The notes under the pieces: generated by a model
Databases searched by the model: none
What the model saw: only the letters and a program-made list of their open reading frames with translations
What the model was told of the DNA's origin: nothing
Origin: a virus
Taxonomy: Duplodnaviria; Caudoviricetes
IMG/VR virus record: IMGVR_UViG_3300029305_002725
Coordinates: 36,815-100,814 of that record
Strand: one strand, 5' to 3'
DNA length: 64,000 nucleotides
Translations under genes and position numbers: made by a program
Shown: positions 8,461 to 18,623 of the stretch, in pieces
Position numbering within the stretch: the stretch's first letter is position 1
Layout: each line of letters opens with the position of its first letter

Positions 8461-8805
8461 ATGAAAATTTATAAAAGAGAAATTAAACCATATATCCAAC
8501 CACCTCAGCTGCAAGGTTTTAACGACAAACCATTTCCTGTTCAGGGATATGACTGGGTGTCAGAAGAATTAGAAGATAAACTGAGAAATGAAATTGTAGT
8601 TGATGATCCTTGGTCTAAGCTAATTTTTGTAGAAAGATATGTAGTACTAGGTGATGGAGTGCTTGATAAGTGGGAAGCCGAATGGGTATATGACCATTGG
8701 TGCGAATTTAAATGCTCTAATTGCGGCAACTGGTCAGACTCTAAACCACACAAAGGAAAAGAAAAATATTGTCCTGAGTGTGGATCAAAAATGTTTAAGA
8801 GGTAA
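8461..8805 (+). CDS. phage protein with C-terminal zinc ribbon
   Basis: FKCSNCG...YCPECGSKM. Confidence 0.75.
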   Translation: MKIYKREIKPYIQPPQLQGFNDKPFPVQGYDWVSEELEDKLRNEIVVDDPWSKLIFVERYVVLGDGVLDKWEAEWVYDHWCEFKCSNCGNWSDSKPHKGKEKYCPECGSKMFKR

Positions 8806-8808
8806 TAT

Positions 8809-9105
8809 ATGAAATTTTTACTATGGGAAATTAAATTTGAGCCATATAGACTAGCCAAGCTCCAGTGGGTATTATTTAAACTATTTAAGATTAAGTGCAA
8901 CGCCTGCGGTTATATCAAACCAAACTACGGATTTTGCCACCAGCCTTGGGAGATTGAACGTTGTGATGTAATCAATGAGGACAAAAATCACAGAGTTATC
9001 TGTAAATGTTGCGGCACCACACGAATCCAAAGTAGCCATTATATTAATCCTAACCCAAAACAAATTGGTGAGTGGTTCAGTTTTGATGAGGAGGATTTTA
9101 TATGA
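8809..9105 (+). CDS. Cys-containing hypothetical protein
   Basis: ORF track; GAGGT SD. Confidence 0.65.
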   Translation: MKFLLWEIKFEPYRLAKLQWVLFKLFKIKCNACGYIKPNYGFCHQPWEIERCDVINEDKNHRVICKCCGTTRIQSSHYINPNPKQIGEWFSFDEEDFI

Positions 9106-9446
9106 GAGTTGAAAACACAAAAGTAAAATTTACAATCCCTATTCCTATTAACAAGCCAGATTGTAACGGAATTATTTATACAGAAGAAGCGGTAGAAAAA
9201 GCTGTGAGCAATCTTAATAAATATCTTCCTATACTCTATAAAAAAGATACCGAAACCGATGCAGTGGTTGTTGGCGCGACTACAGGAGATTCTCATATTG
9301 TCACCTTGGATCTAGATAACCAAATCTGTAAGCTGACGGTAGACGGAGTTATCTTCCATAGCGGTGCGGAAATTATTGTAAATGACATGACGGAAGACGG
9401 TAAGATTACTGATTTTAGAATAGCAAGTATTGGGTTGACAACATAA
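9102..9446 (+). CDS. hypothetical phage protein
   Basis: ORF track; ATGA overlap; GGAGG SD. Confidence 0.7.
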   Translation: MRVENTKVKFTIPIPINKPDCNGIIYTEEAVEKAVSNLNKYLPILYKKDTETDAVVVGATTGDSHIVTLDLDNQICKLTVDGVIFHSGAEIIVNDMTEDGKITDFRIASIGLTT

Positions 9447-9457
9447 GGGGTGAAAAT

Positions 9458-9937
9458 ATGTTAGGTGTAGCGCTAACAGGACATAGACCTGAAAGATTAG
9501 GGTATGCCAAAGATACATATGCAACAGAATCCTGGGGTCGTATGATTGATTGGCTAAAACTAAAAATTGAAGAAAATGATATAACGGATGTTTATTGTGG
9601 CATGGCAAATGGATGTGATATTGCATACGGCATTGCCGCACTAGAGCTAAAAGATGAAGGCCATTTGGTAAAGCTGCATTGTATACTTCCTTGTAAAAAT
9701 TATAACGAATCAAATACATGGTATAAGATGCTAAAGGAAGGCGCAGACGAATGGGTTGAGTTGTCTGAACAGTTTTATAAAGGTTGCGACGATGCTCGCG
9801 ATCAGTATATGGTGGATCACAGTGATAAGTTATTTGCTATTTGGGATGGCAATAAATCTGGCGGTGTCTGGTCCACTATCAGAAAGGCACAAAAGAAAGG
9901 TATAGATATTATTTACTATCCAAAAGAGAATTTATAA
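9458..9937 (+). CDS. SLOG superfamily protein (YspA/DUF1273-like)
   Basis: TGHRP, GMANGCD, RDQYMVDHSD-LFAIWDG-SGG motifs. Confidence 0.85.
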   Translation: MLGVALTGHRPERLGYAKDTYATESWGRMIDWLKLKIEENDITDVYCGMANGCDIAYGIAALELKDEGHLVKLHCILPCKNYNESNTWYKMLKEGADEWVELSEQFYKGCDDARDQYMVDHSDKLFAIWDGNKSGGVWSTIRKAQKKGIDIIYYPKENL

Positions 9938-9947
9938 GAGGTATTAT

Positions 9948-10178
9948 ATGAAGCGTTGGACAGATGAAGAAACAGGTACGAAAATGTGTGAGCCAGATTG
10001 TGTAGATGAATGGTTATTTTTCATCTGGGCAATTGGATGTGACTATGACGGGTGCCGCAATGTAGAAGATCTAAAAAAGCTAGTTGATGAGCTAGTTGAC
10101 ATGGCTAATAAGGCAAGAGAGTGTTTGTGGACCAATAGGCTATTTGGCATACACGGCTCCCCTACTGATGAGGTGTAA
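9948..10178 (+). CDS. hypothetical protein
   Basis: ORF track; GAGGT SD. Confidence 0.7.
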   Translation: MKRWTDEETGTKMCEPDCVDEWLFFIWAIGCDYDGCRNVEDLKKLVDELVDMANKARECLWTNRLFGIHGSPTDEV

Positions 10179-10181
10179 AAT

Positions 10182-10505
10182 ATGAACAATAATATGATGG
10201 GCCAAGCTATGTTAATTGCCTATGCTGAGCTTGGTGTTCAAATTGACAGATTTGACAACACAGATACGGGAATTATATTGCTATTTACCGTACCAAAGGG
10301 CTCCTATCATAGAGGCGCTGACAATATAGAAATGTCTGGCAAACATCTTGCATCAAGAGTAAAGCGTACACTTGAAGAAATGGGCGTTGTTTTTGCTGAT
10401 TGTAGATGTAAGATTCGTGATGAATACTGGAGCGAAGATATGGCGAAGCTTGCTAAGAAAATGGCATATAAAGACATTGGATATAAAGATTGGCAAATTA
10501 AATGA
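10182..10505 (+). CDS. hypothetical protein
   Basis: ORF track; GAGGTG SD. Confidence 0.7.
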   Translation: MNNNMMGQAMLIAYAELGVQIDRFDNTDTGIILLFTVPKGSYHRGADNIEMSGKHLASRVKRTLEEMGVVFADCRCKIRDEYWSEDMAKLAKKMAYKDIGYKDWQIK

Positions 10506-10514
10506 GGTGACTCA

Positions 10515-10706
10515 ATGGAAGAACTTAAACAAGGAATCTGGGAACGAATAGTAAAGCAGCACGGCAACGAGCAAGATGGTTTCTGGACAGAACAGTTTTG
10601 GAAATGCTCAGAATGTAACTATGAGCGCCGTGATGCATTTATTCCAAAATACAAGCCGAATTACTGTGAAGATTGTGGTGCATATATGAAAGGTGATCAA
10701 AAATGA
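10515..10706 (+). CDS. zinc-ribbon protein
   Basis: WKCSEC...YCEDCGAYM. Confidence 0.7.
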   Translation: MEELKQGIWERIVKQHGNEQDGFWTEQFWKCSECNYERRDAFIPKYKPNYCEDCGAYMKGDQK

Positions 10707-11011
10707 CAGTAGAACAGCTAAATAAAGCAAATGAGATTCAAAAAGAAATTGAGATGCTAAATAAGGTCTTTTCTATGCTAGACTCTACAATTGTATATGA
10801 AGAAGATAGAGGTACACCAATTAAAAGTTTTATTCGTTTTATTAACGGAAAGCTTAAGAATTGGGAGGAACCTAAGGCACATGTAATTCTATTTAGAGAT
10901 AATAGAGTCTCTGGTGAAGACATTCCTGTTGATGTGGAATTTCTCAAGTGCTTGCGTTCATATTTTCAGGATCGTCTGAATGAAAAGAAACGAGAGCTTG
11001 GTGATATTTGA
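10703..11011 (+). CDS. hypothetical protein
   Basis: ORF track; ATGA overlap. Confidence 0.7.
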   Translation: MTVEQLNKANEIQKEIEMLNKVFSMLDSTIVYEEDRGTPIKSFIRFINGKLKNWEEPKAHVILFRDNRVSGEDIPVDVEFLKCLRSYFQDRLNEKKRELGDI

Positions 11012-11301
11012 TGGCAAACTGTAAAACTTGTATGCACGAACAAGCTTGCGCCGCATGGATTCGCCATGGAGAAATGCTATATGATGATTTTGAGTACTCT
11101 GTAGAGGATTGTCAGTATTACACTAAGGCCGCACATGGAAGATGGATGTGGGAAGGACAATTTAAAGCGTGCTCTGAATGCGGTTCATATGTTGAATGGA
11201 GTGAAACACTTGGAGCAAATTTTTGGAAGTATTGTCCGTATTGTGGCATAAAAATGGAGGAAGATAATATTGATTGGCGTAGAAATTTTAGCAACGAATG
11301 A
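11008..11301 (+). CDS. Cys-rich protein with C-terminal zinc ribbon
   Basis: HGRW...CSECG...YCPYCGIKM. Confidence 0.7.
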   Translation: MMANCKTCMHEQACAAWIRHGEMLYDDFEYSVEDCQYYTKAAHGRWMWEGQFKACSECGSYVEWSETLGANFWKYCPYCGIKMEEDNIDWRRNFSNE

Positions 11302-11614
11302 AGTTGTGGTGGCGTATGAATTTAATTGGTATATATATGTTGGGATTATTATTGTTGTTACTGTTATTATGGTTTTAATATCAATTATGAATGTTCGTTA
11401 TGTCGGAATTGAAGACATTGTTGTTGGAGCAATTGTTGGTCTTGTTTTGGGCACAATATTTGGACTGCCTATTGCAAACAATATAATTCCAAGTGAGTAT
11501 GAAACACACTATAAAGTCACAATCTCTGACGAAGTATCAACGAATGAGTTTTTAGATCAATATGAAATCATTGGTCAAGAAGGAAAGATTTATACAGTGA
11601 GGGAAATAAAATGA
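11270..11614 (+). CDS. two-TM membrane protein
   Basis: Two hydrophobic stretches; GGAGG SD. Confidence 0.7.
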   Translation: MIGVEILATNEVVVAYEFNWYIYVGIIIVVTVIMVLISIMNVRYVGIEDIVVGAIVGLVLGTIFGLPIANNIIPSEYETHYKVTISDEVSTNEFLDQYEIIGQEGKIYTVREIK

Positions 11615-12180
11615 AGGATTTTATAGACGAGCTTAGATCAAATGTTGTTTCTACTAGAAAATTTCATACCACAACAGCAAAAGTCGGAAGAGATGTGATT
11701 GAAAACGCAGAATATTTTACTTTTGACTTTTCTGATTGGTGCGCATCAAAGAAAATGAAATGGCACGAAAAGATTTTGGATGTTATTACTACTGTATTTT
11801 ATAGAACTAGACATAAAATAAGAGATGCCTATTGGGAAGTGCGTTACGGTTTTCAAAGAATGTTTAAGGGCTATGATAGCGTAGATACTTTTGAAACTTT
11901 TGCAAAGTTTATTGAGCGCTATACTAAAATCCTTACTGAATATAGAAAGACCCATGTTGGTTATGTTGGAACAATGACCAATGAAGAGTGGGAAACAATC
12001 ATTGATGAAATGCTTTATCATTTGTATTACATGGACGAAGAACATGTGACGGAGGAGCTTGAAAAAGATGTTCCTGACGACTGGTCTGCAAGTAATAAAA
12101 CTATATATGAAATTTTGGACAAACATAAGGATGAGTTCTTTAAATTGTTTTCGGAGTATTTTTATAATTTGTGGGATTGA
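11611..12180 (+). CDS. conserved phage protein (ends ...FSEYFYNLWD)
   Basis: ORF track; typical LWD terminus. Confidence 0.75.
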   Translation: MKDFIDELRSNVVSTRKFHTTTAKVGRDVIENAEYFTFDFSDWCASKKMKWHEKILDVITTVFYRTRHKIRDAYWEVRYGFQRMFKGYDSVDTFETFAKFIERYTKILTEYRKTHVGYVGTMTNEEWETIIDEMLYHLYYMDEEHVTEELEKDVPDDWSASNKTIYEILDKHKDEFFKLFSEYFYNLWD

Positions 12181-12241
12181 GGTGTAATTAAAATGATTTT
12201 GTTTTATAACCGTATGATGGCACCTGAAAGGAGATATAGAC

Positions 12242-12790
12242 ATGGCAAATTATATGGCAGAAGTCGCAAAAATGCTTGGCGTTGAGTTTGATGAAGAATT
12301 TGAGATTGAGTTCCCGTCACCTTCATCTGTTAAAGCAACCGCAGTTTTTTCGGAGAATGGATTTCGTATTATAAATACAGACGCTTATATATTAACTCCA
12401 TATTGGGCAGAGTCTGTATTCCATAACTTGTTAAAAGGTTCTTTAACTATTAAACGTAAGCCTTGGAAACCAAAAGACAATGAACTATTTTTTGTCGTCT
12501 CGTTTGATGGCAAGGTTATGTTTAAGTATTGGGATGAAGAAAGTACACCTTATAGAACATATTATAAGATTGGCAACTGTTATCGTTATAAAGATGAAGC
12601 GGAAGCAAACCGCGATAAGTGGATGGCCTTTTATGCATCTGATGAGATTTCGGATGGTAAAATGAAATGCAAGGATTGCAACTGTGCAGTTAAAGATTTT
12701 TTTAAGTGCGCGCCAGGGAAATATGTTTGTACTGGAGTAAAAAACCCGTTTGTTATTGAAGATATTAATACAGAATGCACTGAATATTAA
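12242..12790 (+). CDS. hypothetical phage protein
   Basis: ORF track; AAAGGAG SD. Confidence 0.75.
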   Translation: MANYMAEVAKMLGVEFDEEFEIEFPSPSSVKATAVFSENGFRIINTDAYILTPYWAESVFHNLLKGSLTIKRKPWKPKDNELFFVVSFDGKVMFKYWDEESTPYRTYYKIGNCYRYKDEAEANRDKWMAFYASDEISDGKMKCKDCNCAVKDFFKCAPGKYVCTGVKNPFVIEDINTECTEY

Positions 12791-12809
12791 AATAAAAGGA
12801 GTAAATAAA

Positions 12810-13031
12810 ATGAGTGGACGTTATATTCGGCAAGAGCCCTATGTTGACAAGAATGGTATTTACATTCCAGACAAGGAATATGTTCCAGAGGGGTGTGAGA
12901 GTACATATAGATGTGTGATGACGAAAGAAATGTTTGTCGAAGCATATAATAAGTGGATTGTTGGCAAGAGAAATGTGTTTAACAGTCCGTTTGTTGGACA
13001 AGATGATGCAGATGATTGGTGTGATGATTAA
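12810..13031 (+). CDS. hypothetical protein
   Basis: ATG 12810 behind AAAGGAG. Confidence 0.7.
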   Translation: MSGRYIRQEPYVDKNGIYIPDKEYVPEGCESTYRCVMTKEMFVEAYNKWIVGKRNVFNSPFVGQDDADDWCDD

Positions 13032-13195
13032 TGAGTGGCTCAATTGAGGTGCGTCGTGATGGCGAAGTAATTTGTGTGTGCAAAGATGAAACATGTCTTT
13101 ATCCGCCTGAAATTATGAAGGATATGAAGACAAATGGTTATAAATTTTATCAAGACGGAAAGATTTATAAACCAGAAAAGAAGCAAGAAAAATAA
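13031..13195 (+). CDS. hypothetical protein, 54 aa
   Basis: Hand-translated MSGSIEVRRDGEV...; TAATG coupling with upstream gene. Confidence 0.6.
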   Translation: MSGSIEVRRDGEVICVCKDETCLYPPEIMKDMKTNGYKFYQDGKIYKPEKKQEK

Positions 13196-13215
13196 AAATA
13201 TAAAGGCGGTGATGT

Positions 13216-16017
13216 TTGTTGGCGAAGCAAAAGAAATTACAACAATACGTGTTTAAGATAAACTCTACTCTATTGCGAAAAAATGATTGGAATTTAACTT
13301 TGCCGCTAAACAGAGCTAGAAATACAACTGGGCTTGTCGTTGCCCTAGCAGATTCACAGATTTTATCTTGGATTAATGAATTGAATGGAACAGAAGATTA
13401 TGATGTGCAGGCAAAAGAAATTAAGCGTCAGATTAAAGAAATAAAAAAACAATCTATTAGCCGTGAAAATAAGACTAAAATTGCAAATTTATATAAGCAA
13501 TTATATAGGCTTCAATTTAAAGAAGATTATCTGTGCGTTATAATGGATAAAAAATCAGATTATGATCGTGCAAATCAAGGATTTTATGTTAATGGGATCA
13601 AGTATTTGCGCCTACTGTGTACAACTGGTGGTGTTAAAACATCTACGGTTGTATATGTTAGTGAGAAACTGCATCCAGAATTAAAGAAACGTATTGAAAA
13701 CGGGAAAAATAATGAAGTGAAACTTGTGCCTGCAAAATTAGGAGCATATGAGGCGCTTGCAGCCAGTGGATCTCTTGAAGTAAGTTGGCCAAAGGATAAA
13801 TATGCCCCAATTCCAGGTGGAGTTATAGTTATAAGAGATGCATTTACAGAATTTTATGCAGATTTGATTAATATTGACGACAGTGATCGTTCACAAGAAC
13901 CAATTGTTCAGTTTGTTTCAAACCAACTAGTTAGAAATGACTGTTCTGATGGCTGCTCTATGATGCTCCCTTCTCTATCAAGGAGATGGAATGGTGAACT
14001 TAATGATGATTATGAGCATACAATGAGTGGATGCAATCTTCGTTGCGCTTGGACCAAGGGTATGACATTCACTTTTGATTATATAAAATTTGCAGAAGAA
14101 GTTGTTGGCGCATCAGACGACTGTCCTGAAAAGTATTTTATTACGGATATTTGGGGCCAGAAAAGAGATATCAGAGACTCTGAATTGATTATTACAGAAA
14201 GTCAGTTAAAGCTTTGGAGCTGTTATAGTTCTTGGGAAGATTACTATAATAAGTGCTTAGAAAACAAGTATACTATCAGAGTTGCGAAGACTGCACCGCA
14301 TGAAGTTGATAACGTTAGACAGTTAAATTATCAATTTATTCAGTCTTTGGACTTATCAAATGATGATATCCAGGATCTTATCTCCACTACTGTGAATGAA
14401 ATTAAGGATACTATAGGCTTAGACCCTAGAAAAAGTATTGTTTATTTATGTGGCAAAAACTTAAAAGCAGAGAACATTCAGTACACAGATGCCGCCGCAA
14501 GAGCATTGATGGCCAATTCTGACACCATAAAAGACCCGTATATCCGTAATAGAATCAAAAAAATGATTAATAAACGTATCAGAGAAGCCAAAATTGGTGT
14601 GCTTGATGTGTGTGGTAACTTCCAAATCATCTCTGGAGACATATATGCTTTATGTGAAAGCATGTTCGGTTTAGAGATACATGGTTTACTAAAAGCGGGT
14701 GAAATTTACAGTAAATACTGGAAGGACAGCGGTGTTCAGCGTGTCATGTGTGCAAGAGCACCAATGTCAAATGAACATTCTTTGGTCTCTCAGGACATTT
14801 GCTATGATGATAAAGTGGAGTATTGGTTTAAATATATGGATACTGTTGCAGTTGTAAATGCTTGGGACACTATGCCAATGGCTTTAAATGGTTTTGATTT
14901 TGATGGAGATCTACTATTTACGACTAATAGCCCTCCTCTGCTTAAGAATCAAAAGAACTTGCCTGCGCTAAACTGCATTCAGTATAATGCTTCAAAGAAA
15001 GTTGTTACAGAGGAAGACGTTATCAAGGCAAACAAGAATGGATTTGGTAGTAAAATTGGTAGTATTACTAATAGAATTACTGCGATTACATCTTTGATGG
15101 CAAATTATGAGCCAGGAAGCGTTGAGTATGAGATTTTAAGGTATAGAACCCAGTGTGGACAGGCGCTGCAGCAAGAAGAAATCGACAAAGCCAAGGGAAT
15201 TTTGCCCAATCCAATGCCTAAAAGTTGGTACATTTTTAGTGAAAATATCATAAAAAATGATGATTCTGAGGAGATTAAGGCCCAAAAAATACTCAATCAG
15301 AGGCTTTGCGCGGCCAAAAAACCTTACTTTTTCGGCTATAATTACACTACTTTAAAGCAAGAATATGACACTTTTGTGCGTGATACAGATGAACATATTC
15401 AGAGTATAACAGGTAAAAATATACGAGATTTACTTAAAAATGATGGAAATTTGCCCGAAAATGAGCAAAAAATCTTAGAATTTTACAAAAAACGGCTGCC
15501 TCTAGACGTCTCTCCATCAACCATGAACCGAATTTGCTGGGCTATTGAGGATGAATTTGATGGTGTTGATCTCTTTGAAAATGTGAAATTTGACCATTCT
15601 ATTTATAAAAGTGGCGTGGAATACCCATTGGAATATTATGAGCTTATCAAGTTAAAATGTGAAGCTTATAAGCAGAAAAAGCGCGAGATAAACAAGAAAA
15701 AGTTTGTTGACCATGAGGATATGGAAGAAAGCACAATGGATCAAATTATTAAATTAAACGCAGATTTAGAGGAAAATTGTTTTTCCATCTGTCCAAATGA
15801 ACAAGTTCTTTGTGAGATTTTACTTGATATTTGCTATCGAGATGGTGTTGATGTTAATATTGTTTGGAATTTGTGCGGTGATATCATTGTTGACAAGCTT
15901 GTAAAGAAATCTGGTTTATATCGCTATCCTGAGCAAGACGACAATGGGGAATTTAGTTACGGTGGAATTAAATTTAGTATGAAAGATGTTGTTGCGGGAG
16001 GTGAAGTGGATGATTAA
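13216..16017 (+). CDS. yonO: YonO-like single-subunit double-psi-beta-barrel DNA-dependent RNA polymerase
   Basis: Catalytic GFDFDGD motif, upstream RAP motif, DG and KG motifs; 933 aa; position before HU/phosphoesterase/terminase as in SPbeta. Confidence 0.88.
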   Translation: MLAKQKKLQQYVFKINSTLLRKNDWNLTLPLNRARNTTGLVVALADSQILSWINELNGTEDYDVQAKEIKRQIKEIKKQSISRENKTKIANLYKQLYRLQFKEDYLCVIMDKKSDYDRANQGFYVNGIKYLRLLCTTGGVKTSTVVYVSEKLHPELKKRIENGKNNEVKLVPAKLGAYEALAASGSLEVSWPKDKYAPIPGGVIVIRDAFTEFYADLINIDDSDRSQEPIVQFVSNQLVRNDCSDGCSMMLPSLSRRWNGELNDDYEHTMSGCNLRCAWTKGMTFTFDYIKFAEEVVGASDDCPEKYFITDIWGQKRDIRDSELIITESQLKLWSCYSSWEDYYNKCLENKYTIRVAKTAPHEVDNVRQLNYQFIQSLDLSNDDIQDLISTTVNEIKDTIGLDPRKSIVYLCGKNLKAENIQYTDAAARALMANSDTIKDPYIRNRIKKMINKRIREAKIGVLDVCGNFQIISGDIYALCESMFGLEIHGLLKAGEIYSKYWKDSGVQRVMCARAPMSNEHSLVSQDICYDDKVEYWFKYMDTVAVVNAWDTMPMALNGFDFDGDLLFTTNSPPLLKNQKNLPALNCIQYNASKKVVTEEDVIKANKNGFGSKIGSITNRITAITSLMANYEPGSVEYEILRYRTQCGQALQQEEIDKAKGILPNPMPKSWYIFSENIIKNDDSEEIKAQKILNQRLCAAKKPYFFGYNYTTLKQEYDTFVRDTDEHIQSITGKNIRDLLKNDGNLPENEQKILEFYKKRLPLDVSPSTMNRICWAIEDEFDGVDLFENVKFDHSIYKSGVEYPLEYYELIKLKCEAYKQKKREINKKKFVDHEDMEESTMDQIIKLNADLEENCFSICPNEQVLCEILLDICYRDGVDVNIVWNLCGDIIVDKLVKKSGLYRYPEQDDNGEFSYGGIKFSMKDVVAGGEVDD

Positions 16018-16897
16018 TTTTAAATTTGATGATAGAAAAGATATTGAGAATAAAATGTTAGTTGGTTATGTTAATCAAGATAACCCTGAAGATACTATTA
16101 GAGACTTGGCAAGATATAATCATCATGTTCTTGAGATGGATAAAGAAGATAATTATGATGCCATTCTAGCTTACATGACTAAAAATTGCAGTGATTTTTA
16201 TGAAGAGAAATATTTTAAGATTATTTATAGAAACATTGCAAGCGCCAAGAAATATAAGTTTAGAAGTGTTGATCCGGTTGTAATTACTAAATCTGAAATT
16301 GATAAAATAGTCAGCTTGAACGATATTAGGAAAGAAAAAATTGCATTTGTGCTTTTAGCTATTGCCAAATATTACAACAATGTATCTGATGATAACAATA
16401 ATAGAATGTATATATCTATTGGTGACTTGTTCAAACTTGCTAGAGTGGCAATTCCATGTAAAGAAAGAGCAAGCTATTTGCATTTTGCTTACCAAGAAGG
16501 AATTTTAGTTGAGCACATGTTTGTTGGAACCAATTTAAAAATTGTTGGTTTTGTAGACAATGATAGTGAACCAGTTTTCGAACTTAGTGAAGATGATTAT
16601 AAAGAGCTTGCGTATGCGTATCTGAATTATAAGAATGGTGGATATAAGTACTGTAAGGGTTGCGGCAAGTTATTTAAGATGCATAAGAACTCTCCCGGTA
16701 GATTGTATTGTAAAGAATGTGGGAAAAAAGAAGAATCTAGTGAATTTAAGGCAATTAAGTGTGTTGATTGTGGTGAAGATCTTGTGATTGGCGTGTTAAA
16801 TACTAAAACTTGTAGGTGCGGAACATGTCAAGACGTACGAAATAAGGAACTAAAAGCAGTGAGAAATGCTAGATACTATGAGCAACATAAAAATTAA
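16010..16897 (+). CDS. zinc-finger protein coupled to RNAP gene
   Basis: Four CxxC pairs at C-terminus; overlaps RNAP stop; GGAGGTG SD. Confidence 0.75.
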   Translation: MINFKFDDRKDIENKMLVGYVNQDNPEDTIRDLARYNHHVLEMDKEDNYDAILAYMTKNCSDFYEEKYFKIIYRNIASAKKYKFRSVDPVVITKSEIDKIVSLNDIRKEKIAFVLLAIAKYYNNVSDDNNNRMYISIGDLFKLARVAIPCKERASYLHFAYQEGILVEHMFVGTNLKIVGFVDNDSEPVFELSEDDYKELAYAYLNYKNGGYKYCKGCGKLFKMHKNSPGRLYCKECGKKEESSEFKAIKCVDCGEDLVIGVLNTKTCRCGTCQDVRNKELKAVRNARYYEQHKN

Positions 16898-16929
16898 GAC
16901 GCTTGCCTTAAAACTTACAATACAAAATT

Positions 16930-16970
16930 AATGTTAAAAACACTAGGAATTCTCTAGTGTTTTTGACATT
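16930..16970. terminator. 17-bp inverted repeat / terminator
   Basis: AATGTTAAAAACACTAG...CTAGTGTTTTTGACATT. Confidence 0.65.
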
Positions 16971-17068
16971 GTAAAAATTTTGAATTGAATTTTCATAAAA
17001 TGATAGAACTTGTTGTGCAAATTGAACAAGGCAATATTAATAAATTAACAACACAAGGGGGCAAAAAG

Positions 17069-17404
17069 ATGGAACGAATAATGAAAAAACCAGAGCTTGT
17101 AGAAGAAATAGCTGCAAGAACTGGATTCTTTAAGTGCAATGTAAAAGAAATGGTAAATGCATTGTCAGATATTATAATAGAACATTTTGAAACAGCTGAA
17201 TTTGGGGCAGATAGTGAATTCCACATAGCTCCAGGAGTTGTATTAAAAGGAACTCGCAAACCAAAAGGTGAGGCAAAAGATCCTCGCACTGGAGAAGTTG
17301 TTATTAGTCCAGAGAAAGTTATCCCCTCTGCGGTATTTAAGCAATCTGTGAGATTGAAATTATATAAAAAACCAAAGGGTTATAAAAAGAAAAAGAAGGG
17401 GTAA
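17069..17404 (+). CDS. HU/IHF-family DNA-binding protein
   Basis: MKKPELVEEIAARTG...DPRTGE...PSAVFKQSVR. Confidence 0.85.
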   Translation: MERIMKKPELVEEIAARTGFFKCNVKEMVNALSDIIIEHFETAEFGADSEFHIAPGVVLKGTRKPKGEAKDPRTGEVVISPEKVIPSAVFKQSVRLKLYKKPKGYKKKKKG

Positions 17405-17409
17405 TATTT

Positions 17410-18621
17410 ATGGTTGATAGTTTAAAGAGAATGGAAAATGAAACTCAGGATCAGTATTTCTATCGTGTATGCAGCATGAAGGATAGTCTTGGTTTTACTT
17501 GGCCGCAAATGGCTGAAATTTTTAATAAAGAATTTGGGTGCAATAAAGGCGATACGGCGTATAGAAAAGAGTGGGCGGCATTTAATAAAATTTTTAACGC
17601 TAATGTGGATAAGCTTGTTGGCGATAGCGCATATTTGAACGAAGTCATGGAAGCTACACAAAAGCTAGAAAAGGAAAGACATAAGCTAAATGCTACCAAG
17701 ATAGAGATACATCGCAATTCAAGACAGGAAAGTAGATCCGAGTTATTTTACGAGAATGTAAGAAATGCTATTGAAACTCTGCCAATGCCAGAAATTGTTG
17801 CAAATAGAACTCTACATCTTGTCGGAAACAAGGAGTATTTATTATGCTTAGCAGATATTCAAGCTGGTGCAAAGTTTGAAGTACCTACAAATACATACTC
17901 TCTTGATATTTGTGAAGAGAGATTTAATAAGCTACTAAATGATGTTGTTAGCTATGTGCAAAATCATGATATTGTAAATCTAAAGGTTGTTGGTCTTGGT
18001 GATAGTGTGCAAGGTATTCTGCGTTTAACTGATTTGAAGTTAAATGAGACATCTGTTGTAGAGGCCACCGTTATGGTTGCAAGAATGATTGCTTGTTTCT
18101 TAAATCAGCTGTCTGCGTATTGCTATGTAGAATATTACCATGTTCCAACATCCAACCATAGTCAAACTCGCCCACTTGGTAGTAAGGCAAGTGAGTTGGC
18201 ATGTGAGGATATGGAATATGTTATTGGTAATTATATTTGTGATATGTTGACATCAAATAATAGAGTTGTTGTGTATTTAAACAATAAATATGATTTTATT
18301 GAAATACCTATTTTTAATTTTAATGTATTAGCTACACATGGACATACAATCAAGAATCTTGATACAGCACTTAAGGATTTGAGCGCAACTCACAGAAAAT
18401 TAATTGATTATGTAATTGTTGGACATTGGCATAATGGCAAAGTTATCCCTGGTAATGAACATGATAGTCATGATACCGAGGTATTAATGTGCCCATCTTT
18501 CCAAGGTACTGACCCTTATGCTTTTTATAAATTAGGTTTGAGTTCTAAGGCAGCATGTAAGATGTTTGTATTTGATGAGAAGTATGGCTGCACTGGAACA
18601 GAAAAGTTTATATTAAATTAA
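17410..18621 (+). CDS. calcineurin-like metallophosphoesterase
   Basis: ADIQAG, GD, SNH, HGH, GHWH motifs; synteny with SPbeta yonJ region. Confidence 0.8.
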   Translation: MVDSLKRMENETQDQYFYRVCSMKDSLGFTWPQMAEIFNKEFGCNKGDTAYRKEWAAFNKIFNANVDKLVGDSAYLNEVMEATQKLEKERHKLNATKIEIHRNSRQESRSELFYENVRNAIETLPMPEIVANRTLHLVGNKEYLLCLADIQAGAKFEVPTNTYSLDICEERFNKLLNDVVSYVQNHDIVNLKVVGLGDSVQGILRLTDLKLNETSVVEATVMVARMIACFLNQLSAYCYVEYYHVPTSNHSQTRPLGSKASELACEDMEYVIGNYICDMLTSNNRVVVYLNNKYDFIEIPIFNFNVLATHGHTIKNLDTALKDLSATHRKLIDYVIVGHWHNGKVIPGNEHDSHDTEVLMCPSFQGTDPYAFYKLGLSSKAACKMFVFDEKYGCTGTEKFILN

Positions 18622-18623
18622 TT

